The notes beneath the pieces are model-generated. The model saw only the letters and a list, made by a program, of their open reading frames with translations, made no database searches and was not told the DNA's origin. Below are positions 18,931 through 28,894 of a stretch of DNA of 64,000 nucleotides, in pieces; position 1 is the stretch's first letter, and the number at the start of each line of letters is the position of its first letter. The DNA lies in NCBI RefSeq assembly GCF_024223415.1, contig NZ_CP100500.1. One strand, written 5' to 3'. The stretch comes from Escherichia coli. GTDB lineage: Bacteria; Pseudomonadota; Gammaproteobacteria; Enterobacterales; Enterobacteriaceae. Position numbers and translations under genes: made by a program.

Positions 18931-21321
18931 ATGGCAATTAACAATACAGGCTCGCGACGATTACTCGTCACGCTAACAGCCCTTTTTGCAGCGCTTTGCG
19001 GGCTGTATCTACTCATTGGCGGAGGCTGGCTGGTCGCGATTGGCGGCTCCTGGTACTACCCTATCGCTGGCCTTGTGATGCTCGGCGTCGCCTGGATGCT
19101 GTGGCGCAGTAAACGTGCCGCGCTTTGGCTATACGCCGCCCTGCTGCTCGGCACCATGATTTGGGGCGTCTGGGAAGTTGGTTTCGACTTCTGGGCGCTG
19201 ACTCCGCGCAGCGATATTCTGGTCTTCTTCGGCATCTGGCTGATCCTGCCGTTTGTCTGGCGTCGCCTGGTCATTCCTGCCAGCGGCGCAGTTGCCGCAC
19301 TGGTGGTGGCACTGCTGATTAGCGGTAGTATCCTGACCTGGGCCGGATTTAACGATCCGCAGGAAATCAACGGCACCTTAAGCGCCGATGCCACACCTGC
19401 GGAAGCTATCTCACCCGTTGCCGATCAGGACTGGCCTGCCTATGGTCGCAATCAGGAAGGTCAACGCTTTTCACCTCTGAAACAAATTAACGCCGATAAC
19501 GTCCATAATCTGAAAGAAGCCTGGGTGTTCCGTACTGGCGATGTGAAGCAGCCGAACGATCCGGGCGAAATCACCAATGAAGTGACGCCGATTAAAGTGG
19601 GCGACACCCTTTACCTGTGTACCGCTCACCAGCGCCTGTTTGCGCTCGATGCCGCCAGCGGCAAAGAGAAATGGCATTACGATCCTGAGCTGAAAACTAA
19701 CGAGTCTTTCCAGCACGTAACCTGCCGTGGCGTCTCTTATCATGAAGCCAAAGCAGAAACGGCTTCGCCGGAAGTGATGGCGGATTGCCCGCGTCGTATC
19801 ATTCTTCCGGTCAATGATGGTCGACTGATTGCGATTAACGCTGAAAACGGCAAACTGTGCGAAACCTTCGCCAATAAAGGCGTGCTCAATCTGCAAAGCA
19901 ATATGCCAGACACCAAACCGGGTCTGTATGAACCGACTTCGCCACCGATTATCACCGATAAAACCATCGTGATGGCAGGTTCAGTTACCGATAACTTCTC
20001 AACCCGCGAAACGTCTGGCGTGATCCGTGGTTTTGATGTCAACACCGGGGAGCTGCTGTGGGCTTTTGATCCGGGCGCGAAAGATCCGAACGCAATCCCG
20101 TCTGACGAACACACCTTTACCTTTAACTCGCCAAACTCGTGGGCACCAGCGGCCTATGACGCGAAGCTGGATCTGGTGTATCTGCCGATGGGCGTGACCA
20201 CGCCGGATATCTGGGGCGGTAACCGCACACCGGAACAGGAACGTTATGCCAGCTCGATTCTGGCGCTGAATGCCACAACCGGGAAATTGGCGTGGAGCTA
20301 CCAGACCGTTCACCACGACCTGTGGGATATGGATCTTCCGGCACAGCCGACGCTGGCGGACATCACCGTTAATGGTCAGAAAGTGCCAGTTATTTACGCT
20401 CCGGCGAAAACCGGCAACATTTTTGTGCTCGATCGTCGTAATGGCGAACTGGTGGTTCCGGCACCGGAAAAACCGGTTCCCCAAGGTGCTGCCAAAGGCG
20501 ATTACGTTACCCCTACTCAACCATTCTCGGAACTGAGCTTCCGTCCGACGAAAGATTTGAGCGGTGCGGATATGTGGGGAGCCACCATGTTTGACCAACT
20601 GGTGTGCCGCGTGATGTTCCACCAGATGCGCTATGAAGGCATTTTCACGCCGCCATCTGAACAGGGCACGCTGGTCTTCCCGGGTAACCTGGGAATGTTT
20701 GAATGGGGCGGGATTTCCGTTGATCCAAATCGTGAAGTGGCAATTGCCAACCCAATGGCACTGCCGTTTGTTTCAAAACTGATCCCACGCGGTCCAGGTA
20801 ACCCGATGGAGCAGCCGAAAGATGCCAAAGGCACGGGTACGGAATCCGGCATTCAGCCACAGTACGGTGTACCGTATGGTGTCACGCTCAACCCGTTCCT
20901 CTCACCATTTGGTCTGCCATGTAAACAGCCAGCATGGGGTTATATCTCGGCGCTGGATCTGAAAACTAATGAAGTGGTGTGGAAGAAACGTATTGGTACG
21001 CCGCAGGACAGTATGCCGTTCCCGATGCCTGTACCGGTGCCGTTCAATATGGGTATGCCGATGCTGGGCGGGCCAATCTCCACGGCGGGTAACGTGCTGT
21101 TTATCGCCGCTACGGCAGATAACTACCTGCGCGCTTACAACATGAGCAACGGTGAAAAACTGTGGCAGGGTCGTTTACCAGCGGGTGGTCAGGCGACGCC
21201 AATGACCTATGAAGTGAATGGTAAGCAGTATGTGGTGATCTCCGCAGGCGGTCACGGTTCATTTGGTACGAAGATGGGCGACTATATTGTGGCTTATGCG
21301 CTGCCGGATGATGTGAAGTAA
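18931..21321 (+). CDS. gcd: membrane-bound PQQ-dependent glucose dehydrogenase
   Basis: 796 aa from MAINNTGSRRLLVTL..., N-terminal 5-TM anchor followed by PQQ beta-propeller domain. Confidence 0.9.
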   Translation: MAINNTGSRRLLVTLTALFAALCGLYLLIGGGWLVAIGGSWYYPIAGLVMLGVAWMLWRSKRAALWLYAALLLGTMIWGVWEVGFDFWALTPRSDILVFFGIWLILPFVWRRLVIPASGAVAALVVALLISGSILTWAGFNDPQEINGTLSADATPAEAISPVADQDWPAYGRNQEGQRFSPLKQINADNVHNLKEAWVFRTGDVKQPNDPGEITNEVTPIKVGDTLYLCTAHQRLFALDAASGKEKWHYDPELKTNESFQHVTCRGVSYHEAKAETASPEVMADCPRRIILPVNDGRLIAINAENGKLCETFANKGVLNLQSNMPDTKPGLYEPTSPPIITDKTIVMAGSVTDNFSTRETSGVIRGFDVNTGELLWAFDPGAKDPNAIPSDEHTFTFNSPNSWAPAAYDAKLDLVYLPMGVTTPDIWGGNRTPEQERYASSILALNATTGKLAWSYQTVHHDLWDMDLPAQPTLADITVNGQKVPVIYAPAKTGNIFVLDRRNGELVVPAPEKPVPQGAAKGDYVTPTQPFSELSFRPTKDLSGADMWGATMFDQLVCRVMFHQMRYEGIFTPPSEQGTLVFPGNLGMFEWGGISVDPNREVAIANPMALPFVSKLIPRGPGNPMEQPKDAKGTGTESGIQPQYGVPYGVTLNPFLSPFGLPCKQPAWGYISALDLKTNEVVWKKRIGTPQDSMPFPMPVPVPFNMGMPMLGGPISTAGNVLFIAATADNYLRAYNMSNGEKLWQGRLPAGGQATPMTYEVNGKQYVVISAGGHGSFGTKMGDYIVAYALPDDVK

Positions 21322-21354
21322 GACTTGCTCAGATTGCTGACAACGTGCGCGTTG

Positions 21355-21460
21355 TTCATGCCGGATGCGGCGCGAACGCCTTATCCAGCCTACAAAGTTG
21401 TGCAAAATCAATGGATTGCACAGGTAGCGTAGGCCTGATAAGCGTAGCGCATCAGGCAGA
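21355..21460. repeat. REP (repetitive extragenic palindromic) elements
   Basis: gccggatgcggcgcgaacgccttatccagcctac and gtaggcctgataagcgtagcgcatcaggca REP-type palindromes. Confidence 0.7.
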
Positions 21461-21481
21461 TTTGCGTTTGTCATCAGTTTA

Positions 21482-21503
21482 ATGCCCGGAGAGATCCGGG
21501 CAT
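21482..21503. terminator. terminator hairpin between convergent gcd and cueO
   Basis: atgcccgg-agagat-ccgggcat stem-loop. Confidence 0.45.
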
Positions 21504-21522
21504 ATTTCCGAATACGGTCTTT

Positions 21523-23073
21523 TTATACCGTAAACCCTAACATCATCCCCGTATCTTCATGCTCCAGCAGATGGCAGTGCGCCATATAAGCATGTTCTTT
21601 CGGTGCGTCGTGATTAAACTTCACCAGCACTTCACTGACATTGCCTTCTACCTTAACGGTATCTTTCCAGCCCGCGCGATGAGCCGCTGGCGGTTTGCCA
21701 TTTTCTGACAAGATACGGAACTGCGTGCCGTGAATATGGAACGGATGCAGCATCATGTCGCCCACGCCAGAGATAACCCAACGTTCGTACTGCCCTTTCG
21801 CCGCCGCAAACATCGGCTTATTCATATCAAACGCCTGACCGTTGATTTTATTGGCATGGTGGAAATCGAACTTCCCGCCGTGGTTCATATGATTCATATT
21901 GCCGTGCCCCATATGGCCCATCATCTGGCTGTGATCCATCCCGGCCATCGCCTGATCGCCATATTTCTCCATCAGCATCTGCATACCCATCATATCGAGC
22001 ATCGGGTCCATAGAAAGTTGCTGCTTACGTACCGTCAGCCCTTCCAGCGAAGGTAACGCAGGCAGGCTACTTAATGTGTCTGGCAAAGCACCGGAAGCAC
22101 TAATAGCAATCGGCTGAATCCGCATTACCGGATGAGGCTTATCAAACGGTGCAATCGCCATCCCCATCTGGCTGACCGGCAGCGTCACCAGGTCAAAGGG
22201 TTTGTTGTCGTTAACCTCCACCAGCACTTCAAAACGCTCGCCCATCAGCACCGGCAGCTCGTTCACCTTCACCGGTTCAGGTAGCAGACCACCGTCGCTG
22301 GCAATCACATAAAGCGGGCGATTGTCGCTGGTGGCGAAATTGAGCGAGCGGGCATTACAGCCATTGAGCAAACGCAGGCGCAGCCAACCACGCGGGGCAG
22401 CGTGTTGCGGGTAGATTGCACCGTTGGTCAGCAACGTATCGCCAAACCAGCCCACGGCGGCGGTCATCACATCCAGTTGATAATCAATCTGCCCGTCGGC
22501 GCTAAATTTCTTATCCTGAACGATCACCGGAACATCATCGATACCCCACTGTTTTGGCAGCATTAATTTCAGGATCTCGTCATCTTCAATCACCACCAGA
22601 CCAGCCAGCCCCATCGCCACCTGTCGCCCGGTCTTGCCATGTTGATGTGGATGGAACCAGCAGGTAGCGGCAGGTTGATCAACGTTCAACGTCACCGAGC
22701 GCTTGCCACCTGGCGGAATAATTCCCTGTGGGCCGCCGTCGACTTCACCCGGTACTTCCAGCCCGTGCCAGTGCAACGTCGTCTCTTCCGTCAGTTGGTT
22801 ATAGATATCAACCGTTACCGCTTTGCCGCGCTGTAATTTCACCGCCGGCCCCAGCAGATTGCCGTTATAGCCCCAGGTAGTTGCAGTTTTCTCGCCAAAG
22901 GTAGACTGACCTGCGCCAATAGTTAACTGAATGCGATTACGGGCATCGGTCGTGAGCAAATCAGGGATCGGTAACGTTGGGCGTTCCGCCGCAAAGACTG
23001 CACGGCTCCACAGTGGCAAGGCTGAAGCCACACCCAGTGCGACGGAATATTTCAAGAAATCACGACGTTGCAT
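21523..23073 (-). CDS. cueO: multicopper oxidase (cuprous oxidase), Tat-exported
   Basis: 516 aa from [28 protein letters not shown] (twin-arginine signal); copper-binding HxH motifs; methionine-rich insert ([46 protein letters not shown]). Confidence 0.9.
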   Translation of the reverse strand: MQRRDFLKYSVALGVASALPLWSRAVFAAERPTLPIPDLLTTDARNRIQLTIGAGQSTFGEKTATTWGYNGNLLGPAVKLQRGKAVTVDIYNQLTEETTLHWHGLEVPGEVDGGPQGIIPPGGKRSVTLNVDQPAATCWFHPHQHGKTGRQVAMGLAGLVVIEDDEILKLMLPKQWGIDDVPVIVQDKKFSADGQIDYQLDVMTAAVGWFGDTLLTNGAIYPQHAAPRGWLRLRLLNGCNARSLNFATSDNRPLYVIASDGGLLPEPVKVNELPVLMGERFEVLVEVNDNKPFDLVTLPVSQMGMAIAPFDKPHPVMRIQPIAISASGALPDTLSSLPALPSLEGLTVRKQQLSMDPMLDMMGMQMLMEKYGDQAMAGMDHSQMMGHMGHGNMNHMNHGGKFDFHHANKINGQAFDMNKPMFAAAKGQYERWVISGVGDMMLHPFHIHGTQFRILSENGKPPAAHRAGWKDTVKVEGNVSEVLVKFNHDAPKEHAYMAHCHLLEHEDTGMMLGFTV

Positions 23074-23118
23074 AGTTATTTCCTTATTTTTAAGCAGGCG
23101 AAACAAAATCAAACGTTG

Positions 23119-23149
23119 AGCATAGTCCTTCCCCTTACGGGAAGGTCAA
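23119..23149 (-). promoter_or_regulatory. CueR/MerR-type promoter of cueO (-35 TTGACC, 19 bp spacer containing dyad, -10 TATGCT)
   Basis: minus-strand reading cTTGACCttcccgtaaggggaaggacTATGCT; spacer is 19 bp and contains dyad CCTTCCC-N5-GGGAAGG, the hallmark of MerR-family activated promoters. Confidence 0.6.
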
Positions 23150-23238
23150 GCCGCAGACACAATTTAATCGACAATAATGGTCGTCGCCTCGCTCGCAGTG
23201 TGCTAACGTTTATCTTCTTTAAGCCCCTGGTAGAAGCA

Positions 23239-23586
23239 ATGAAGACGTTTTTCAGAACAGTGTTATTCGGCAGCCTGATGGCCGTTTGCGCAAACAGTTA
23301 CGCGCTCAGCGAGTCTGAAGCCGAAGATATGGCCGATTTAACGGCAGTTTTTGTCTTTCTGAAGAACGATTGTGGTTACCAGAACTTACCTAACGGGCAA
23401 ATTCGTCGCGCACTGGTCTTTTTCGCCCAGCAAAACCAGTGGGATCTCAGTAACTACGACACCTTCGACATGAAAGCCCTCGGTGAAGACAGCTACCGCG
23501 ATCTCAGCGGCATTGGCATTCCCGTCGCTAAAAAATGCAAAGCCCTGGCCCGCGATTCCTTAAGCCTGCTTGCCTACGTCAAATAA
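23239..23586 (+). CDS. yacC: uncharacterized periplasmic protein YacC (PulS/OutS-like)
   Basis: 115 aa from MKTFFRTVLFGSLMAVCANSYA (signal peptide); position between cueO and speE. Confidence 0.7.
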   Translation: MKTFFRTVLFGSLMAVCANSYALSESEAEDMADLTAVFVFLKNDCGYQNLPNGQIRRALVFFAQQNQWDLSNYDTFDMKALGEDSYRDLSGIGIPVAKKCKALARDSLSLLAYVK

Positions 23587-23691
23587 TCCCTGATACCTTT
23601 TTGTAGAAATATTGACCGTGCATCCGCGGTCAATGTTAGCTATTATGTTGCGCCCTTTTTTTACGGGTGTTAACAAAGGAGGTATCAACCC

Positions 23692-24558
23692 ATGGCCGAA
23701 AAAAAACAGTGGCATGAAACGCTACACGACCAGTTTGGGCAGTACTTTGCGGTAGATAACGTTCTGTATCATGAAAAGACCGATCACCAGGATCTGATCA
23801 TTTTTGAGAACGCTGCATTTGGTCGCGTAATGGCGCTGGATGGCGTAGTACAAACCACCGAGCGCGACGAGTTTATCTATCATGAGATGATGACCCATGT
23901 TCCGCTACTGGCCCACGGTCACGCGAAACATGTGCTGATTATCGGCGGCGGCGACGGTGCCATGCTGCGTGAAGTAACCCGACATAAAAACGTTGAGTCA
24001 ATCACGATGGTGGAAATCGATGCGGGTGTCGTATCGTTCTGCCGTCAGTATCTACCCAACCATAACGCCGGTAGCTACGACGATCCGCGCTTTAAGCTGG
24101 TGATCGACGATGGCGTCAATTTCGTTAATCAAACCAGCCAGACCTTTGATGTCATTATCTCCGACTGCACCGATCCTATCGGTCCCGGCGAAAGCCTTTT
24201 CACTTCGGCATTTTATGAAGGCTGCAAACGTTGCCTGAATCCTGGCGGTATCTTCGTCGCACAAAACGGCGTCTGCTTTTTACAGCAGGAAGAAGCCATC
24301 GACAGCCATCGCAAACTCAGCCATTACTTCAGCGACGTTGGCTTTTATCAGGCGGCGATCCCGACCTATTACGGCGGTATCATGACTTTTGCATGGGCGA
24401 CAGATAACGACGCCTTACGCCATCTCTCAACCGAAATTATTCAGGCGCGTTTTCTCGCCTCTGGCCTGAAATGCCGTTATTACAATCCGGCAGTCCATAC
24501 GGCAGCTTTTGCCTTACCCCAGTATCTGCAAGACGCACTGGCTTCACAGCCGTCCTAA
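23692..24558 (+). CDS. speE: spermidine synthase
   Basis: 288 aa [19 protein letters not shown]...; AAGGAGG RBS; aminopropyltransferase motifs (IIGGGDG). Confidence 0.95.
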   Translation: MAEKKQWHETLHDQFGQYFAVDNVLYHEKTDHQDLIIFENAAFGRVMALDGVVQTTERDEFIYHEMMTHVPLLAHGHAKHVLIIGGGDGAMLREVTRHKNVESITMVEIDAGVVSFCRQYLPNHNAGSYDDPRFKLVIDDGVNFVNQTSQTFDVIISDCTDPIGPGESLFTSAFYEGCKRCLNPGGIFVAQNGVCFLQQEEAIDSHRKLSHYFSDVGFYQAAIPTYYGGIMTFAWATDNDALRHLSTEIIQARFLASGLKCRYYNPAVHTAAFALPQYLQDALASQPS

Positions 24559-24573
24559 GGAGAAGATAAGAAA

Positions 24574-25368
24574 TTGAAAAAACTGAAACTGCATGGCTTT
24601 AATAATCTGACCAAAAGTCTGAGTTTTTGTATTTACGATATCTGCTACGCCAAAACTGCCGAAGAGCGCGACGGTTATATTGCTTATATCGATGAACTCT
24701 ATAATGCCAACCGTCTGACCGAAATCCTGTCAGAAACCTGTTCCATTATCGGGGCTAATATTCTTAACATCGCCCGCCAGGATTACGAACCACAGGGTGC
24801 CAGCGTCACTATTCTGGTGAGTGAAGAACCGGTTGACCCGAAACTCATCGACAAAACAGAACACCCCGGCCCACTGCCAGAAACGGTCGTTGCCCATCTC
24901 GATAAAAGTCATATTTGCGTACATACCTACCCGGAAAGTCATCCTGAAGGCGGTTTATGTACCTTCCGCGCCGATATTGAAGTCTCTACCTGCGGCGTGA
25001 TTTCTCCGCTGAAGGCGCTGAATTACCTGATCCACCAGCTTGAGTCCGATATCGTAACCATTGATTATCGCGTGCGCGGTTTTACCCGCGACATTAACGG
25101 TATGAAGCACTTTATCGACCATGAGATTAATTCGATTCAGAACTTTATGTCTGACGATATGAAGGCGCTGTATGACATGGTGGATGTAAACGTCTATCAG
25201 GAAAATATCTTCCATACCAAGATGTTGCTTAAAGAGTTCGACCTTAAGCACTACATGTTCCACACCAAACCGGAAGATTTAACCGACAGCGAGCGCCAGG
25301 AAATTACCGCTGCGCTGTGGAAAGAAATGCGCGAGATTTATTACGGGCGCAATATGCCAGCTGTTTAA
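24574..25368 (+). CDS. speD: S-adenosylmethionine decarboxylase proenzyme
   Basis: 264 aa; TTG start at 24574 preceded by [35 protein letters not shown]. Confidence 0.95.
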
Positions 25369-25372
25369 CGGC

Positions 25373-25407
25373 TCTGGCGGAGCTCCCAGGCTCCGCCAGA
25401 TTTATTT
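25373..25407 (+). terminator. intrinsic terminator after speD
   Basis: stem ctggcggagc / gctccgccag around loop tcccag followed by ATTTATTT. Confidence 0.5.
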
Positions 25408-25768
25408 ACTTCTGCTGCACGAAATTGCGGTAAGCCGCCACCACCTGCAGAAAATCCTCAACGCCGCATAGCGACAGGCTTTCTTCGTCGTAGTAGTTCA
25501 TCCCCTCTTCCATTTCATCGCCAGCGAATTCCAGTTGATTGGCGCGAACCATCACCTCTTCACCGTCCATCCACAGGGTGTATTCATGCCCTGCCCGTTG
25601 CCAGGACCGTTCGCTACCTTTCAGTGCGTGCGCTGCTTGTTCCACTTCATCAAGCAAGGCCAGGTTTTCTTTCACCTCTTCATTAAACCAGTGCCCGACC
25701 ACTTCATGCCCCATGGACATACGCACCTTTACCACTCCGGTAATATCGCGCAGAAATTCGTAATCCAT
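25406..25768 (-). CDS. yacL: UPF0231 family protein YacL
   Basis: 120 aa from [31 protein letters not shown]...; ORF-track extension to 25816 rejected. Confidence 0.8.
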
Positions 25769-25870
25769 AGTGTGTTCCTCTGCTCCCGGCAATGCGCCGA
25801 AATCGCATTGCGCCATTGATGTAATTATCGCAGCCTTACCGGAGAAAAACAGCGGAACGGCGATGGTTTA

Positions 25871-25909
25871 GAAATAAAAAATGCCCGGGAATCTCATTCA
25901 CCGGGCATT
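25871..25909 (-). terminator. intrinsic terminator after acnB
   Basis: stem aatgcccgg / ccgggcatt followed (on minus strand) by TTTTATTTC. Confidence 0.5.
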
Positions 25910-25942
25910 GTGTCGTTTATGCGCAGCGCGTGCGCTGACTTT

Positions 25943-28540
25943 TTAAACTGCAGTCTGGAAAATCACACCATCGGCTTTTTCAGTGTACTGAGAAAGCTGG
26001 TTGAAGTTCAGGTAACGGTAAGTATCAACGGCAGTTTTATCCACCTGCGCCACGTAGGTCTGGTACTCTTCCGGCGTCGGTAGTTTGCCAATCAGCGCCG
26101 CAACAGCAGCCAGTTCCGCAGAAGCCAGGAAGACATTCGCGCCAGTACCCAGACGGTTCGGGAAGTTACGGGTCGAGGTGGAAACCACCGTCGCACCGTC
26201 TGCCACACGCGCCTGGTTGCCCATACACAGGGAACAGCCAGGGATCTCGATACGCGCACCACTCTTACCGAAGACGCTGTAGTAGCCTTCTTCGGTCAAC
26301 TGTGCGGCGTCCATACGGGTTGGCGGTGCCACCCACAGGCGGGTCGGCAACTGGCCTTTATGCGCATCCAGCAGTTTACCCGCAGCACGGAAGTGACCGA
26401 TGTTGGTCATGCAGGAACCGATAAACACTTCGTCGATCTTCTCACCCTGTACCGCAGACAGCGGACGCGCGTCATCCGGGTCGTTCGGAGCACACAGGAT
26501 TGGCTCTTTAATATCCGCCAGATCGATGTCGATCACTGCCGCGTATTCCGCATCTGCATCGGCTTCCAGCAGCTCAGGATTCGCCAGCCATTTTTCCATG
26601 CCCTGAATACGACGTTCCAGGGTGCGACGATCGCCGTAACCTTCCGCGATCATCCACTTCAGCAGGACGATGTTAGAGTTCAGGTATTCGATGATCGGTT
26701 CTTTGTTCAGCTTGATGGTACAACCGGCAGCAGAACGCTCGGCGGACGCATCGGTCAGTTCAAATGCCTGCTCAACTTTCAGATCCGGCAGACCTTCAAT
26801 TTCCAGAATGCGACCTGAGAAGATGTTTTTCTTGCCTTTCTTCTCAACGGTCAGCAGACCTTGTTTGATCGCATACAGCGGAATAGCGTGTACCAGATCG
26901 CGCAGGGTGATGCCCGGCTGCATTTTGCCTTTGAAGCGCACCAGAACGGATTCCGGCATATCCAGCGGCATTACGCCTGTTGCGGCTGCAAATGCCACCA
27001 GACCAGAACCCGCCGGGAAAGAGATACCGATCGGGAAACGGGTATGGGAGTCACCACCGGTACCGACGGTATCCGGCAGCAGCATACGGTTCAGCCAGGA
27101 GTGGATTACGCCGTCACCCGGACGCAGCGACACACCGCCACGGTTCATAATGAAGTCCGGCAGCGTGTGGTGCGTGTTCACGTCAACTGGCTTCGGATAC
27201 GCCGCGGTGTGGCAGAAAGACTGCATCACCAGGTCAGCCGAGAAGCCCAGGCACGCCAGGTCTTTCAGTTCATCACGGGTCATCGGGCCTGTGGTGTCCT
27301 GAGAGCCTACAGAAGTCATTTTCGGTTCACAGTACGCGCCCGGACGAATGCCTTTCACGCCACAGGCACGGCCTACCATTTTCTGCGCCAGCGAGAAGCC
27401 GCGATCGCTCTCAGCGACATCTTTCGCCTGACGGAACACATCACTGTGCGGCAGACCAAGTGCTTCACGCGCTTTGGTGGTCAGGCCACGCCCGATAATC
27501 AGCGGAATACGGCCGCCAGCACGCACTTCATCAATCAGCACGTCGGTTTTCAGTTCGAAGGTCGCCAGCAGTTCGCCTGTTTCGTGGTTACGCACTTCGC
27601 CTTTGTACGGATAAACGTCAATTACGTCGCCCATGTTCAGGTTAGAGACGTCGACTTCGATTGGCAGTGCCCCCGCATCTTCCATCGTGTTAAAGAAGAT
27701 GGGTGCAATTTTACCGCCGAGGCACAAACCACCGCCGCGTTTGTTCGGCACATGTGGAATATCATCGCCCATAAACCACAGAACGGAGTTGGTGGCGGAT
27801 TTACGCGAAGACCCCGTACCCACAACGTCACCGACATATGCCAGCGGGAAACCTTTCTGTTGCAGAGCTTCGATTTGCTTGATCGGACCAACAACACCTG
27901 GCTGGTCTGGCTCGATGCCTTCACGGGCGTTTTTCAGCATCGCCAGCGCGTGCAGTGGGATATCCGGGCGTGACCACGCATCCGGTGCCGGAGAGAGGTC
28001 ATCGGTGTTGGTTTCGCCAGTGACTTTGAAGACGGTAACGGTCAGTTTTTCAGCCAGCGCCGGGCGATTCAGGAACCATTCGGCATCCGCCCAGGACTGC
28101 ATTACCTGCTTAGCATATTCATTGCCTGCTTTGGCTTTCTCTTCTACGTCATAGAAGTTATCGAACATCAGCAGCGTGTGAGACAGTGCTTTAGCAGCGA
28201 TCGGTGCCAGTTTGGCATCATCCAGCGCGTCGATCAGTGGATGAATGTTATAACCACCCTGCATAGTGCCCAGCAGTTCAATGGCTTTTTCTGGAGTCAG
28301 CAGTGGGGATTTGGCTTCGCCTTTGGCGACAGCAGCCAGGAAGCCTGCTTTAACATAGGCGGCTTCATCGACGCCTGGGGGAACACGGTTGGTTAACAGA
28401 TCTAACAGGAATTCTTCTTCGCCCGCGGGCGGGTTTTTCAGCAGCTCTACAAGTGCGGCCATTTGGTTTGCATCCAGGGGTTTGGGCGCAATCCCCTCAG
28501 CGGCACGCTCAGCTACGTGCTTACGGTATTCTTCTAGCAC
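25943..28540 (-). CDS. acnB: aconitate hydratase B (bifunctional aconitase / 2-methylisocitrate dehydratase)
   Basis: 865 aa; GTG start at 28540 giving [22 protein letters not shown]...; ORF track N-terminal extension rejected. Confidence 0.95.
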   Translation of the reverse strand: MLEEYRKHVAERAAEGIAPKPLDANQMAALVELLKNPPAGEEEFLLDLLTNRVPPGVDEAAYVKAGFLAAVAKGEAKSPLLTPEKAIELLGTMQGGYNIHPLIDALDDAKLAPIAAKALSHTLLMFDNFYDVEEKAKAGNEYAKQVMQSWADAEWFLNRPALAEKLTVTVFKVTGETNTDDLSPAPDAWSRPDIPLHALAMLKNAREGIEPDQPGVVGPIKQIEALQQKGFPLAYVGDVVGTGSSRKSATNSVLWFMGDDIPHVPNKRGGGLCLGGKIAPIFFNTMEDAGALPIEVDVSNLNMGDVIDVYPYKGEVRNHETGELLATFELKTDVLIDEVRAGGRIPLIIGRGLTTKAREALGLPHSDVFRQAKDVAESDRGFSLAQKMVGRACGVKGIRPGAYCEPKMTSVGSQDTTGPMTRDELKDLACLGFSADLVMQSFCHTAAYPKPVDVNTHHTLPDFIMNRGGVSLRPGDGVIHSWLNRMLLPDTVGTGGDSHTRFPIGISFPAGSGLVAFAAATGVMPLDMPESVLVRFKGKMQPGITLRDLVHAIPLYAIKQGLLTVEKKGKKNIFSGRILEIEGLPDLKVEQAFELTDASAERSAAGCTIKLNKEPIIEYLNSNIVLLKWMIAEGYGDRRTLERRIQGMEKWLANPELLEADADAEYAAVIDIDLADIKEPILCAPNDPDDARPLSAVQGEKIDEVFIGSCMTNIGHFRAAGKLLDAHKGQLPTRLWVAPPTRMDAAQLTEEGYYSVFGKSGARIEIPGCSLCMGNQARVADGATVVSTSTRNFPNRLGTGANVFLASAELAAVAALIGKLPTPEEYQTYVAQVDKTAVDTYRYLNFNQLSQYTEKADGVIFQTAV

Positions 28541-28894
28541 GACGGTTCTCCTCGCTCTCATTGTCATAGTGCGGCAGGCGATTCTCTTCACGCTCCTGTG
28601 AGACAGCAGTTTGTAGGGTAAATGCCCAGTACCGCAACGGGCAGAATAGCAGGATTTTGACGATGTGTTAATCTGTTTACAAAAAAGCAACATAAAAAAG
28701 TGGCTGAATCGTTAAGGATGGTCTAGAGATTGTTTCCCTCCGTAAAAACTTCGTTAATTCGCATAGTGATAATCACCTTTCTCAACGAATCCCAAGATTA
28801 GTCAAAATTTAAACTACCGCCTCTTTATACTCAGATTTACAGCACCTGCGGGTGGCAGTTCGCCGACCATTGCGATTTCCTTGAGATCCGAATT

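Noticed and set aside
23612-23633. Inverted repeat TTGACCG-N8-CGGTCAA between yacC and speE
   Set aside because: Could be a weak terminator for yacC or an operator for the speED promoter, but there is no T-run and no recognisable regulator consensus; insufficient evidence to call.
26861-27973. 370-aa plus-strand ORF plus several 150-210 aa ORFs
   Set aside because: All are antisense shadows of acnB; none has an RBS or recognisable domains.
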